Positions 13,261-26,554 are shown, numbered from the stretch's first letter. The stretch: 64,000 nt of DNA from Eledone cirrhosa (GCA_964016885.1 OZ024743.1:229958001-230022000); one strand, 5' to 3'. Translations and numbers: made by a program. The notes: a model not told the origin generated them from the letters alone.

Positions 13261-13476
13261 GGCGCGTGGCTGAGTGGTTAGTTATTGGATTCGCAATCGT
13301 GAGGTTGTGAGTTCAATTCCCGAACTGGGTGATGCGTTATGTCCTTGGGCAAGACACTTTATTTCACGTTGCTCCTTCTACCTGGAGTTGCGACCGATAG
13401 ATAGTATTAGCAATTGGAAAAACCAATGGAAACACTGTTTCCTTGGTCCGATTTGACGAAAAAAGTCGACCGACTG
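13258..13476 (+). mobile_element. tRNA-derived CORE-type SINE family B
   Basis: A box TGGCTGAGTGG, B box GAGTTCAATTCC, CORE-like TGTCCTTGGGCAAGACACTT; close copy at 15596-15802. Confidence 0.85.
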
Positions 13477-13486
13477 TTTATATATA

Positions 13487-13683
13487 TAGAAGTGGTTAGA
13501 CAACAGTTAGTTCACCATACCGAGAACAATCGTTTCACCTTAGCGGATCCTTGGCTGAGGATCCGCTAAGGTGAAACAATTGTTCTCTGTATGGTGAACT
13601 AACTGTTGTGTAACCACTTCTACCTAACTCGTCCCATGGACTGAGTGCTCTACCACTATGGATATTACCTTCCAGTGTTCTAC

Positions 13684-13687
<4 letters not shown>
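13487..13687 (+). mobile_element. Fold-back mini-element family F3 (136-bp palindrome + 65-bp tail) with hammerhead motif
   Basis: Palindrome 13487-13622; CTGAGGA(13555)..GAAAC-AATT-GTT-ctc; TA runs on both sides; second copy at 59007-59225. Confidence 0.8.
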
Positions 13688-13731
<44 letters not shown>

Positions 13732-13855
13732 GAATGTATGTATAGTATATTTGGCAATATACCGTATGTTTAATTGAAAACATTTAGAAGACAATACGCT
13801 ATCAGTTTTAAAGTAGTGACTATGTCACTTACTTATTTTCGGTGAAAGAGGAAGA

Positions 13856-13901
13856 GAGGTTGACAGTCTGTTTCACGCTGGTTGGCATTCATCAGATCCA
13901 C
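13856..13901 (-). ncRNA. Type I hammerhead ribozyme motif
   Basis: Minus: ggat-CTGATGA-atgc caacca gcgt-GAAACAG-A-CTGTC-aacc. GUC triplet; stem I has a mismatch; island lies between (TA)n tracts. Confidence 0.65.
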
Positions 13902-14084
13902 GCACTCCCCAGCTTCCGCCGAAAATTATAGCAGCTGGATTCTTATACAATTCCAGTAATAATCAAGAGGTGATTATACAGAGCGATTGCCGGTCCAGCA
14001 AAATTTATGAGGACCAATCCTAATTCCATATATATATATATATATATATACAAGCAGGCTGGGTATAGAAACTGAAGCACATGT

Positions 14085-14144
<60 letters not shown>

Positions 14145-14199
14145 CAATAGCACCAACAAGTGCCTAATTTCTTCTTTGATAATCCAGAGACGCAGCTTT

Positions 14200-14430
14200 C
14201 AGACCTCATGATACACCTCTCAATTTTGCCAAATTATTTGCATCCCATTCATTAAACTCTGGCTTTTATTTCTTTCTTCTGCATGCCTTTCTTTGTCCCC
14301 ATTTCACTCCGTCACCATTATCCTTTCTCAACACGCGGTGCAACCATCTCAATGCATTTTTATTCACAACATTAATTAATGAGTCTCTTTCCAACCTTTG
14401 TGGTAATGTTTCTCAGCAATTCTCCACTCA
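14200..14430 (-). mobile_element. Ancient RTE-like LINE 3' fragment
   Basis: Minus translation NKNALRWLHRVLRKDNGDGVK resembles the RTE C-terminal LRW.GHV.R motif. Confidence 0.5.
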
Positions 14431-15035
14431 TTGATATATAGGTAGATTAATATATACAAAATTACATACGTTCATACTTACATACACATGTTATATACAA
14501 TGGGGTTAATATATCGATCTTCTTCGCATTTGGCAAGAAAGTAGTATTATACCCCATTTATTCATCTCCTATAAATATTTATGTATATCCGAACTGTTCG
14601 GATTTAGCTGACAAGGATCATGATGACAATGACCATGATTGTAATGGAGAGGATTGTGATTGTTACATTCCAGACTCGAATCCACTAACTGCTCCCTTTC
14701 TAGTTTCAGTTTTATCCCTCACACAGCAAGATATATTTCTTCTATTTAATTTACTATGTGATCAGATACATCCATAGTATATGTGAAATAATGTGAAACA
14801 CTATAACTAGCCGACCGCTCACTGGGAAACATTTAATCTTACCGCCAATGCTAGTCTAATTTCATAGGCGGGGAAATAAAAATTCTAACATCAGAGAGAA
14901 ACACACCTGTTGCCTTGATAAAAAATGTACCCGATGTACAAAGCGTTGCAGGCATCATGCAGGGTGGATGACACTCATAACGAAAGCCACCCGGGATAGG
15001 TAGTGATCTGCCGGCTGTACTACTCATCAATCAGG

Positions 15036-15113
<78 letters not shown>

Positions 15114-15155
15114 ACATACGCACACACACGCACATACATACACACATACACATGT

Positions 15156-15387
15156 ACTGGAGCGGTGGAAGCATTTATGAATTGAGGGTGGGTGCGAAAT
15201 TTTGGACACTTTAGTTGTAGTGATTAATTTAGCTCTTTGCACTCTAAAATTGTCAGATATTTATCGATATTCGATAACATGTACATAAATTGTAAAGAAT
15301 ATCCAAAGAGATGTGTGTTTTGGTAGTTTGGGGTGAAAATATAATTATTGGGTGTGAGCTGTCCCAACCCCAGTTCCACCGCCACTA
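15156..15387. mobile_element. Putative MITE with degenerate TIRs (GCGGTGGAA/TTCCACCGC)
   Basis: Short terminal inverted match; the right half has an inverted homolog at ~22186-22280. Confidence 0.5.
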
Positions 15388-15520
15388 TATATATATATAT
15401 AATTAAAAAACAATTATGCTCTGTGCCCTTTACAATGGGGTTAATATATCGATCTTCTTCGCATTTGGTAAGAAAGTAGTATTATACCCAATTTATTCAT
15501 CTCCTATATATATTTATATA

Positions 15521-15588
15521 TATCCGAACTGTTCGTATCTAGCTGTCGAAACGACCGGAGCTCAACCGTCGGGGTCCTGAATATTTTC
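15521..15588 (+). mobile_element. Family F4, single arm
   Basis: TAGCTGTCGAAACG..CCGTCGGGGTCCTGA matches the right arm of 24426-24548. Confidence 0.7.
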
Positions 15589-15595
15589 ATATATA

Positions 15596-15802
15596 TGGCT
15601 GAGGGGTTATAGAATTGGATTGGCAATCGTGAGGTTGTGAGTTCGATGCCCGGACCGGATGATGCGTTATATCCTTGAGCAAGACACATTATTTCACGTT
15701 GCTCCTTCTACCTGCAGTTGCGACCGGTAGATTATATTAGCAATTGGAAAGACCAATGGAAACCTTGTTTCCTCGGTCCGATTTGACGAAAGTCGATCGA
15801 CT
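15596..15802 (+). mobile_element. CORE-type SINE family B
   Basis: Colinear with 13258-13476. Confidence 0.85.
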
Positions 15803-17252
15803 ATCGATATATACAGAGAGGGAGAGAGGGAGGGGGGAGACGTTTAATAGGTTCGCTTTGTAGTGGTTTGGATTTTGATCGCAGAGCGCAGGATCAACTT
15901 ACACAATGAGTTATAATCCATGTGACCTATAATAAAAATCTAATAGAATATGCATCTCTAAGATAAATCCCATGTAGAATCAGATTGAAACTCGTGACAA
16001 AGCAACCCAGTTGAATTAGTTCTGGGTCTTCTTGAAATTACTTCAAAATTACGAAACTATCTTTCTTATCTGCTTGACCACGTCGTTGGTCGTTATTTTC
16101 AAAGGGTGGTGCTGGACTTCTCTCAATTCAGACGATGATTGCTCTAGTTGTTTGATCAACGGAGCAGCGTCCTCGAGGAATTGAGGTGTGCTTTTAGAAA
16201 CGTATACACAAAATGTATTTCTCAGGGTGATCCAGTGGGACATAGTTTAACAAGCCTGACATATTAGATTACAGGTACAACACATTTTCCAGATGAACGA
16301 GCTGAAGCATCGTTAAAAATATCGTGTGGTTCTAGAACATAAACTGTCACAGAGGACTGAACCCATAACTATACGATTCAGTAAGCTCTGCTCCTCCAAA
16401 TTTTACATCTTCACATACATATGCACCATTAAATATTCATATAAAATGGGGAATATAAAAGAATGGAGGGAAATCAATAAATAAGAAAACATATTTCCAG
16501 CTCTAAAACCAATACAACTAATAATGATACTCATAAAACCACAGTAGCCCTATTATCCTAACTACCCCTTCCTGTTACCAAACACACGGGTTTCGTCTTT
16601 CTACTCCTACCATCTTCACACGTGTACTGTTCAGACAGGTAATACACCTCATTACTCAGTCAACTAGATGTAGAACAATGGCGAAAAACGTCAGCCATTT
16701 TGTGAACAAAGCATAACACACAAGTCGGTGGTGGTTTCATCAAAGGTTATAGAAAATAGTGATGGCCCGATAAGATATGTTTTTTTTTTATGTCTCGAAT
16801 TTAAACTAATAACTGACTCATAAATTACGAATTATTCCGACAAGCTTCACTGCTCTAGAAGGTAAGTATGTATAAAAAGTGGTGTGTAGAGGGTATAGAT
16901 AGTCGTGTTGACTAAATGGTGACGGGGTGCAGGTTGGTGAGATTATTGTTGTGTTTGGGGTTCATAATGATGTTGGTGATAGTTGGTGCTGCTGATGATG
17001 ATGATGATGCTGCGGTCTCTAGTTTATGGGGATTGTCGGTGATCAGCTAGCTGTTTTCTTTATAATTATGATTGAATATGGTGGTGGTAGTTGGGGTAAA
17101 TATTTTTTATTTGTTATATATTACTCGCAAATCTGAAGTGGTAGGTGTTGCGTATCGGGAGGGCTTTTAACGTGACTATCTCTTTATACACCTTTCTATC
17201 TATGTACTTTGTACATTTAACTCCGTTAAATATATATTTAAAACAACAGAAC

Positions 17253-17430
17253 GTTGGGCTGCAACATTAAAACTAGATCAAAACCATTAGTTCATCAGGC
17301 TCTCAACGTCATATTTGAAAAGCTCTTTCTGTTTTAATATAGGACGTGGAGGGCCTGAGGAATCACATACGGTGGGCTTTAAGAAAAAAAACTATAACCC
17401 TAAGGATGCCGCGAAATAATTGTAGCCAAC
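17253..17430. mobile_element. Old fold-back with a hammerhead core on each arm (F8)
   Basis: TTCATCAGGCTCTCAACGTC is inverted with GACGTGGAGGGCCTGAGGAA. Plus arm: ggc-CTGAGGA..GAAAT-AATT-GTA-gcc. Confidence 0.55.
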
Positions 17431-17459
17431 ATACCATAGCATTAACACTTCAATATAGG

Positions 17460-17539
<80 letters not shown>

Positions 17540-17576
17540 ATATACACGGGTGTGTATGATTGTATAGAAGCTTATT

Positions 17577-17953
17577 TTAATAAAAGGAATTCCGACTTTG
17601 TCTGATTTACTCGTTTTATTTACAATCCTTTAATATTTATAATAGTATTATAATGAAATAGTATGGTAGAATATTAAATGTTATATGTTAATTGAACAAG
17701 TACTTTCATGCTTTCGCAATCTTCAGGTTTATATTCTGTGGTGACAATCAAGTTTGCAATTTTCACAGTTGAAAATTGCAAACTTGACTGTCACCACAAA
17801 ATATGAACCTGAAGATTGCGAAAGCATGAAAGTACTTGTTCAATTAACACCTAACATTTAATAATCTATCATACTATTTGATTCTAATACCATTATACAT
17901 TTTAAAGGATTGTAAATAAAACGATAAATCAGACAACGTTGGAATTCCTTTTA

Positions 17954-17957
<4 letters not shown>
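17577..17957. mobile_element. ~380-bp palindromic mini-element family F5 with one hammerhead per strand
   Basis: Whole-length inverted repeat centred at ~17767. 17804-17842(+) reads TGAAC-CTGAAGA-tTGC GAAA GCAt-GAAA-GTAC-TT-GTTCA; mirror at 17693-17731(-). Second copy at 59311-59695. Confidence 0.85.
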
Positions 17958-18012
<55 letters not shown>

Positions 18013-18016
<4 letters not shown>

Positions 18017-18394
18017 AAATGAAAATCCGAAGGCAAGGTGAAATTCCAATCATTTAATCACGACACATGTTTCAATAAGAGATAAAACGATTGTGAAGCC
18101 ATGATCGATTATCACTGATCTCATCAGATGAACATGAATTGTCATCAAATTCTTGATATGAGGGAGAAAAATAACGATGTTCTCCCATATAATTCCCTCA
18201 TATGAAGACACACCAGTCATAGACACGGCGACTGCCAATAACTTCAGTCGCCGTGTCTATGAATACAATTCATTTTCACCTGATGAGCTCAGTGATAATC
18301 GATCATGGCTTCACAATCGATCTATCTCTTATTGAAACATGTGTCGTGATTAAATGATTGGAATTTTACCTTGCCTTCGGATTTTCATTTTGAT
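18013..18394. mobile_element. ~380-bp fold-back family F6 with one hammerhead per strand
   Basis: Arms ~18013-18141 and ~18266-18394, inner hairpin 18218-18261. 18271-18356(+) reads TCAC-CTGATGA-long stem II-GAAAC-ATGT-GTC-GTGA; the mirror core is intact. Confidence 0.85.
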
Positions 18395-18532
18395 ACATAT
18401 ACTCCGTTTTACATCATCTAGCTGTTCCCTTGAATGGAATTGGAGATATACAAAAGCGTGGAGAACTTAATATTGGTAACATAAAGTTATTGGACCATTT
18501 TACACAACCAATAATGCACCTTACTATGTAAC

Positions 18533-18629
<97 letters not shown>

Positions 18630-18650
18630 CACCATGTTTAATAAAGAAAG

Positions 18651-18834
18651 GACTTCTACAGGACTAGAACTGTTTTATTCAAAATAAATCATAAGGAAAC
18701 ATTTCATGGTGTTTCTTTTGAATTAAAAAGTTCTTGTCATGTAGAAGTCATTTCTATATTAAACATGATATTTACACTCTACTAATGTATTGAAGACCTT
18801 ACTAAAAGTGGTAACCTCCCGATTGAATCCGGGA

Positions 18835-18836
<2 letters not shown>
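18651..18836 (+). mobile_element. Family F7 fold-back (18651-18749) plus tail
   Basis: GACTTCTACAGGACTAGAACT is inverted with AGTTCTTGTCATGTAGAAGTC; tail matches 9720-9797; abuts (TC)n. Confidence 0.7.
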
Positions 18837-18902
<66 letters not shown>

Positions 18903-19359
18903 TATTGATATTTTTTCCGTGTATGCACCACACAGGTTACGCTTATCTGCGTTAATGAAACGAAAGCTAATTGATTCATGATTAATATATGCGGATCCAT
19001 CTTGGAATTAAGGGAAGTATTCTTACAATGTACACCTTATCATCCAAGTTACGCAGCCCATTTTCGCAAAACAATATAATTTCAAACTACAATTTCGAAA
19101 GCTGACAGTTTTTTTACCGTGCTTTGACTACACTTAGAACATTACTAAACCTACATTTCTACTAAAGAGTCAACATTCACCCACACTAAGTCATGTAGCA
19201 GATCATACCACCATATGACCTTTACCACCACCTGAGTTATTTCCATAAGGCTTCTGCGCAACAAAGATGTTTAATGAATTCCGTGTTGATTGCAAAATAT
19301 AATTATATATTTAATTTAGTTATACACATATTTATAAAGATGTGGTACTTTAAAGTAAT

Positions 19360-19540
19360 TAATTGTTTCTACTTTAGGCACAAGGCCAGCAATTAACCAG
19401 TGCATTACTGGTACTTTATTTTATCGACCTCGTAAGGATGAAAGGCAAAGTCAACCTCGGCGGGATTTGAACTCAGATCGTAAAGGGACGTAACTATGCT
19501 GGAAAGCATGGCGTCCGACCCTCTACCGATACTGCCAATC
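19360..19540 (-). mobile_element. SINE family A with 17-bp TSD
   Basis: TSD TACTTTAAAGTAATTAA at 19346-19362 and 19541-19557. Confidence 0.95.
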
Positions 19541-20129
19541 TACTTTAAAGTAATTAATACACCACACTGAGGTCTGCACCATAGTTAAATGTTGTGTTGA
19601 ACTTAATAATAGGGCTAAATAATGCTGAATTTATTTTTTATTGCCAGCATCGACCTTATTTCCATCATTACATTTGGTTTCTATAATCTAAGGCAATTTG
19701 ATATTTAATTGCTAATGTTTTTTTTCTGTCGGTCATAATGATTTAAGAACGTAATATCAAATATGTCCTTCCTTTGTTTGTTTTTTTTTTTTCTAAGTGA
19801 TAATAAATGAACAAATCAGTATTGCTTATATTAAGGATTGTAAGATATATGTTTAAGATTACGTTGAGGAAGCCGGTACTAAGGAAGTTATTACACACAA
19901 GTATTTAAACTAGAGTGAATTAAAATATAAAATATGAAACACACATTAGTTTACTGTTTTACATTATATTTCAAATTCCGACACCCTTTTCATAAGAAAG
20001 TAAACTGAGTGTATTGTTAATCGTGTATTTCTAATTTGATACTAAGTGATATGATGGAACGGATAGATATTTCACATCCATTTCTAGCAGAGCGAGTGAC
20101 CACGCTGAAGTCTTTCGCTATTTCTCTCG

Positions 20130-20255
20130 CTATTTAGGATTTTCTGCAGCCCTGCGTGATTAATTTTCATATTGCTTTTGTTCAACCTTTTTGTAATAGT
20201 CATGCTCTAGTTCTTCAATCCATACAGCTTTCTTGTTGAACTCATCATTGCTTCG
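20130..20255 (-). mobile_element. R4/Dong-like LINE fragment
   Basis: Minus translation NDEFNKKAVWIEELEHDY resembles KHNDQAVWIETVQKE in the 40207 ORF. Confidence 0.45.
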
Positions 20256-20431
20256 CCTATGGTGATTTCCCGTAGCTTTCAATTCGTTCCACTGATGCGC
20301 ATAGAGGTATTTTACAGAAAATTAAATTTCATGAACTGAAATACGTGGGATTTATTATTCTGTTCAGAATACATAGTGTATGGTTGTTGTTAAACTCAAG
20401 TGTCAACGAGATGATGTATGTTCAGCTGCCA

Positions 20432-20494
<63 letters not shown>

Positions 20495-20624
20495 GGTAGG
20501 TATTTCCTGGCACGTTTATATGTCTGCCTATTAAAAATATGTGTATTTATATACAGATTGTCGCAGTCTCTGTTTCTCATTCTGTGTATATAGTGTATAA
20601 TATGTATGAATATATGTATATACA

Positions 20625-20702
<78 letters not shown>

Positions 20703-20718
20703 TATATGCATATATATG

Positions 20719-20762
<44 letters not shown>

Positions 20763-21321
20763 TCTTCAAATTTATTATTTTTACTATATATATATATATA
20801 TATACATATAAATATATACATATACTTATATATATATATACGCACATTGTTAAGTAGGTAGATAGATAGATATATAATTAATAAGAAACTAGAGAGTGGA
20901 ATATAGAAAGGAAATATATAGAAAGATTGGACGTGTGGTTTATATGACTACATGTCAATATATTAATGAAATATGTGTGCGTGTGAGTGTGTATGTCGTT
21001 CAGCGTTTATATGTCTGTGTCTGCACGTCAAATATCAAGATATCAATATATTTAATCTATGCATGCGTCTTTTATAAATGCTGCTAATTACCTTTGGTTC
21101 TCCCTTAAATAGTGTCATGTTGCTGCCCTACATTTCTAGAACCAGAAATAGCAAAAGTTATTTCTGATAAGAATCGGTGGAAAATTTTTACGACTTCTCA
21201 CAACAGATAATACCCTCACACATACACAATGTGTATGTATGTATGTATGTATGTATGTATGTATGAGCTTCTATATGTATATATGTATGTGTGTATGTGT
21301 GTGTGTCTGCGAGTGAGTGTA

Positions 21322-21371
<50 letters not shown>

Positions 21372-21420
21372 CACTCACATATACTTATATGTATATAATA
21401 TCAGTGATACGGATACATAT

Positions 21421-21608
21421 ATTTGTTTCTACTTTTTGGCACAAGGCCAGCAATTATCCCAGTGCATTACTGGTACTTTATTCTATCGACCCCGTAAGGA
21501 TGAAAGGCAAAGTTAACCTGGGCGGGATTCGAACTCAGACCATAAAGGGGCGTAACTCTATGCTTGCAAAGCATGGCGTCCGACCCTCTACCGATACTGC
21601 CAATCCAG
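21421..21608 (-). mobile_element. SINE family A with TSD ACGGATACATA
   Basis: Full head, core and tail; flanking direct repeat. Confidence 0.95.
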
Positions 21609-22100
21609 ACGGATACATACATTGTAGTGATACTTAAAATATTTCTTCGTACTGGAGTTTAGCAAAGAAACCAATGATATACAACTGATAAAATATCACT
21701 TGATGGACTAAATGGATTCTCGAAGTTTTTTAGTAAGCGTCGCAATATATAAAAATGTTAAACACATTTATACAGTTAAGTATATAATTGCTTGACGTTT
21801 CTTAGTTTATACGATTGTATATACTCATATACACGTTCATACATATCTACTGAAATGATGTATGGAAAGTATGCGTATATTTTAATGTAGGCGCAACAGA
21901 GCTGAATGTTTAGGAAGGTTGATTTGCGATAATTAGCTCCTGGGTTTGATACCACTACAGCCCTCCTTGAGCAGTGACACGCACGCGTTGTGTCACAATC
22001 AATCTCCCTAGAGACAACCACACATTCTTCCGAGCCAAAATGTCTCTTCTCTCTCTCTTTCTCTCTCTCTCTCTCGCTCTCGCTCTCCCTCTCTCTCTCT

Positions 22101-22179
<79 letters not shown>

Positions 22180-22309
22180 AATACATGGGCAGTGGGACTG
22201 GGGGTGGGGGGTCAGGGAGGGCCATGGTATACCCCCGAATAATTATATTTTTCTCCCCAAACTAACAAAACACACCTCTATTTGTATATGAGCAACAATT
22301 TATGTGCAT

Positions 22310-23240
22310 GTGATAGATGGGAGAGATAGCTATAGATATAGAGAAGAGGAGAGTTTTGTAATAATTGATATAGAGAGGAAGTTTGGGAGAGTGTGTTTTA
22401 TAGCAGATAGAGTGAGGTGAAGAGACTGATTTTTATTGATATAGAGAAGGGGATTTGAAGAGAGTTCCGTATTGTAGATATACAGAGAGGAATAGTTTGG
22501 CGTTAATTGTATAGAGAGGGGGATTGGAAGAGAGTTCCGTATAATACATGTAAAGAGGGGGAGAGTTTGAGATATTAAGTGGGATATTGGACGAGAGTTC
22601 CGTGTAGTAGATATAGAGTAAGTGAGTGTTTGGTCTTAATTGATAGAGAGGGAGAATTGGGAGAGAGTGTTGTATGGTTGATGAACAGAGGGGGAGAATT
22701 TGATGGTTCTGAATAGAGTGAGAGGCGTAATAGAGGTAGGTATTGATATATATATATATAGGGGGAGAGTTTGGTTGGTAGTGATGGATAGAGTGATAGG
22801 GTATCAGAGAGTGTGCTATATGGTAGATATGGAGTGGGGTATAGTTTGGTGGTAATTGATATAGTGAGCGGTATTGGGAAGAGTTCCCTGTCGTGGATAT
22901 AGAGATGGGGAGAGATTGATGTTTATTGATATAGAGAGGGGTAATGGAATAGAGTGATGTGTGGTAGATATAGAGCTGGGGAGAGTTTGGTGTTAATTGA
23001 TATAGAGAGGGGGATTAGAAAAAAGTTCCGTGTAGTAGATATAAAGATGGGGAGAGTGTGATATTATTTGATATAAAGAGTGGTATTGGAAGTGAGTTCA
23101 TTGTAGTAGATATAGAGATGCGCAGTGTTAGGTGCTAATTAATATAGGGAGGGTGTTGGAAGAGAGATCCATGCAGTAGATATAGCGAGAGTGAGAGTTT
23201 CGTGTTAATTGATAAAGAGAGGGGTATAGTTTGGTGTGTA
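22310..23240. repeat. Degenerate purine-rich tandem repeat, ~70-bp period made of two GATATAGAG-containing subunits
   Basis: GAGTTCCGT..GATATA recurs near 22466, 22535, 22598, 22884 and 23026. Confidence 0.75.
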
Positions 23241-23284
23241 TATATATATATAGATATATATAAATGTGTGTGTGTGTATTGTTG

Positions 23285-23600
23285 TCTTTGGCATCCTTGG
23301 GTTCTGATCAGTTTTCTCACTATTTGATCAATGGAATAGCTTGATCGTAAAGACAATTTACTTCGCTTTTCACAGGTACATGCAACCTTAATGTAGTTCT
23401 CAGATTCTCGGGGAGATTTAGTTTGACAAAATATGCGATTATGGTGATCCTTAGAATTATAGGCGCAGCTCATTTTCCCAACAGAGTGGACTGGAGCAAC
23501 GTGAAAATTGTGTCTCAAATGACATAATGCATCGCAGGGAACCGAATTCAGGATATTACGATTGTGAGACGAAACCAGTAAATTAATCACCTTCACTGAT
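23285..23600 (-). mobile_element. Old CORE-type SINE family B
   Basis: Contains GGAGCAACGTGAAA, the reverse complement of family B TTTCACGTTGCTCC; degenerate head. Confidence 0.65.
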
Positions 23601-23683
23601 TGCATGTAGGTATATACCTATCTATCTATGAAGGATAGGCGGTTTTTCTTTGTGTGATAGCTATGGCGAAAGAGGTTAAAAGA

Positions 23684-24100
23684 GCTGTGGTCAGACACCT
23701 TTCTCTCCGGCCAACAACTGATTCTTTTTTTCAAATACCACTTTGGAAGAAGAATCAGGATGGAGAGAGAGAGGTGCTGTACCCCAGCAAGTTTTATGAA
23801 AGGTGGGCGAAAGTGGCGAGAATGGCCCGAGTGAATGGGCCTTCTCTCTATATCAGCCTGTAGGTTGAGGAAAAGGAGGAAGAGAGCAAAGGGGTACAAA
23901 CTCTTCGTACTCCTGGAGATGAGGGTTGCACATTTTTTCGGGGGTATGTGTTACCCATATGAAATGTCTCCCCCTATTGGGGAAAATCGATTAACTTTTC
24001 AATTGCATTTTTGATAATATTTTACACGTTTTTATTGTATGTAAACGTCCCCCTTTGTATTTGTCCCCTTCTTTTGTGCCAATGTGGCTAATAAAGGAAC
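23684..24100 (+). mobile_element. L1/Tx1-clade 3' end, 5'-truncated
   Basis: EREVLYPSKFYERWAKVARMARVNGPSL matches the ORF2 C-terminus at 27804-27960; 3' end GGCTAATAAA is shared. Confidence 0.85.
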
Positions 24101-24148
24101 ATATCTATCTATATATATATATATATATATACGTGTGTGTGTGTGTGT

Positions 24149-24289
24149 GATTCCCGGGTTCAATCGGGATTACAAGAGTTAGTAAGGTATTCAATACATT
24201 AGCAGAGTGCAAACCTCCAGTTTAATATAGAAATGGGTTCTACAGAATTAGAACTGTTTCATTCTGAGAAATCATCAGAAAAGCCCTGG

Positions 24290-24290
<1 letters not shown>
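24149..24290 (-). mobile_element. Family F7 single arm with intact hammerhead core
   Basis: Minus: cagggctttt-CTGATGA-tttctcagaat-GAAACAGTTC-taattctg; lies between (GT)n and (TA)n. Confidence 0.7.
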
Positions 24291-24345
<55 letters not shown>

Positions 24346-24347
<2 letters not shown>

Positions 24348-24545
24348 CAATGAAAGTGTAGTAAGGAACCAGGTGGACCATAACGCACCAGAGTACTCGA
24401 CACTTAGGGTAGTAGTGTGGGTAAGAGGAAAAGAGTCAAGATCCCAACGGCTGAGCTCTGACCGATTCGACAGCTAGATCCGAACTGAGTACAGATCTAG
24501 CTGTCGAAACTGCCGGAGCTAAGCCATCGGGGTCCTGACTATTTT

Positions 24546-24548
<3 letters not shown>
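24346..24548 (-). mobile_element. Fold-back mini-element family F4 (palindrome 24426-24548 plus tail)
   Basis: (TA)n on both sides; homologs at 58721-58944, 60197-60385 and 15521-15588. Confidence 0.8.
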
Positions 24549-24637
<89 letters not shown>

Positions 24638-26504
24638 AAGGTGTGTCCCTTCGTGTATCCAACGCAACCCTTTCTTATTATTGTATAACACCCATACTTG
24701 TCTGTTACAGTGTTTAGTTTTTTGCCTCTTTTTGCCACTCTCTTTCTCCTAATATCCACCCACCATAAACAGAGCCCCTTGTAGTTGTCTCATTTCATCA
24801 TAAACCACTTTGAAATTTGTAGTCTGTTATGAGATATTGTCAGGAGATAAACAGTGCCAAGTGGTAAAAGATAAAGTCTACTACCCAAGTAGGCCACAGT
24901 GGAATTTGAACTCAGAACGCAAAGTGCCCAAACCTCACAATTTCCGCTAAACGTATTTAACTAATCAACAAGCAAAGACGTGTATCGACCCCGTGAACAT
25001 GAAAGAAAACAACAAGTGTTTTCAGAAGGTAGGGTGAGTTTGTGTATTAATGTGGTGGCAATTTGTTGCAAGTCGGGCAACCACATTGCGGTTGCCGTGT
25101 GGGCTATTCGTACCTCTGTTTATTTAAATAATAGATCTGGTGTAGGTTGTGGCGATATAATGGTTGCTTTTATTTGTTGGGGTAAAAATTAGTCTACATG
25201 GGGGCTATGGTGATGGCGTTGGCAGTTGTAGTGATGATGATTGTTGCAGGTTTGTTTAGAGTTTGATTGACATCATTTATCACTGAATGTTGATAGAGAA
25301 GATGTCTGCAGATAATGAAAACACAAAAAAACATTTCGATAATGTATATGTATAAATGAATGCAAAGTTCATTTATTTGTGGTATAAAGAAAGATAATGG
25401 ATAGATGAATGGATGAACTCATATGTAGAAGTTATCTGATTCAATATTTTAGTCATTATGGCAGCTATCTTGAGAAAATTCGTTTACCTGTCTGTTTCCC
25501 TATCTCAATATGTATCTGTCTATTGTGAACTCGTCTAAATTAATACTAAGTAAATACTCACGCCCCTCTCCTCACATATAGTAGTTTACATGATTTCACT
25601 CATCTTTTCAGGTTCAATCTAAATAGGCGGCGGTGAGGGTAGTTGTGTTGGCGGTTTTGTTTATGACGATCTCAGTGGTGATGTTGATGAGACGAAGGGG
25701 TAGTTAGAGGTAGAAGTGTTAATGGTGGTTGTTGTAGCGTTTAGCATAATGGATTTGGCGGCGTGATGCTGTTGCTGGTGATGATGATGATAATGATAGT
25801 TTTACTGGTGATGCGAGGTGATGATTATCGTGCTGTTTTGTTTTGTATTGTTTTTTTGATAATTTTGAAATCCGCACTAACTTTACAATATAAAGGTGTA
25901 GGGAAAATTTAGTAAATAGTACTGGTAACTATTAGAAAAGAAGACGAAATTGAAATATCTGGAATGTTTTGATCTTAAGTCTACTCAAGTAGGGCTGATA
26001 TAGGGCTAGATCAAAAAGAATAACAATGACGACAATAACAACAGCAACAAATATATTGAACTTAAAGTGAGCCCAGGAGGGGGAGGCTCTACATATTCAC
26101 GTGGCTAAATCTGTTGATTTGTTGGGTATATTGGAGGTGATTTCTGCTTCTTATATAATGAATACCATATGCGATTTTAAAATGTATCACATTACATTTA
26201 TTCTAATATCGTCTCCATCAGTATGGGAATACCATGTGCGAAAATGAGTTCAGTTTGACAGCAATGGAGGATGATTCCCCCTACTGGTGTTTAAATAACA
26301 GCTCCCTTACCAACAATTGCCTGGCGATATGTTTGGAGGTTTGTCCAGCTAATCATTTAAATACGCTAAATTTGATGTTCTCTGCTATACAAGGGATAAG
26401 TGGTTTGTTTCGAGTAGGCGTTTCTTTCAAACTTATAGTCAAATTTCACAAATTAAAATGTATTCTTAGGGATTCATCGCACGACAAAAATCTTAATGAT
26501 ATAT

Positions 26505-26554
<50 letters not shown>

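Noticed and set aside
13258-13335. tRNA gene
   Set aside because: The A/B boxes continue into a CORE-like body and no acceptor stem closes; it is a SINE head.
26300-26400. GIY-YIG remnant (AGQTSKHIAR on minus)
   Set aside because: Too short, has an adjacent stop codon, and lacks supporting motifs.
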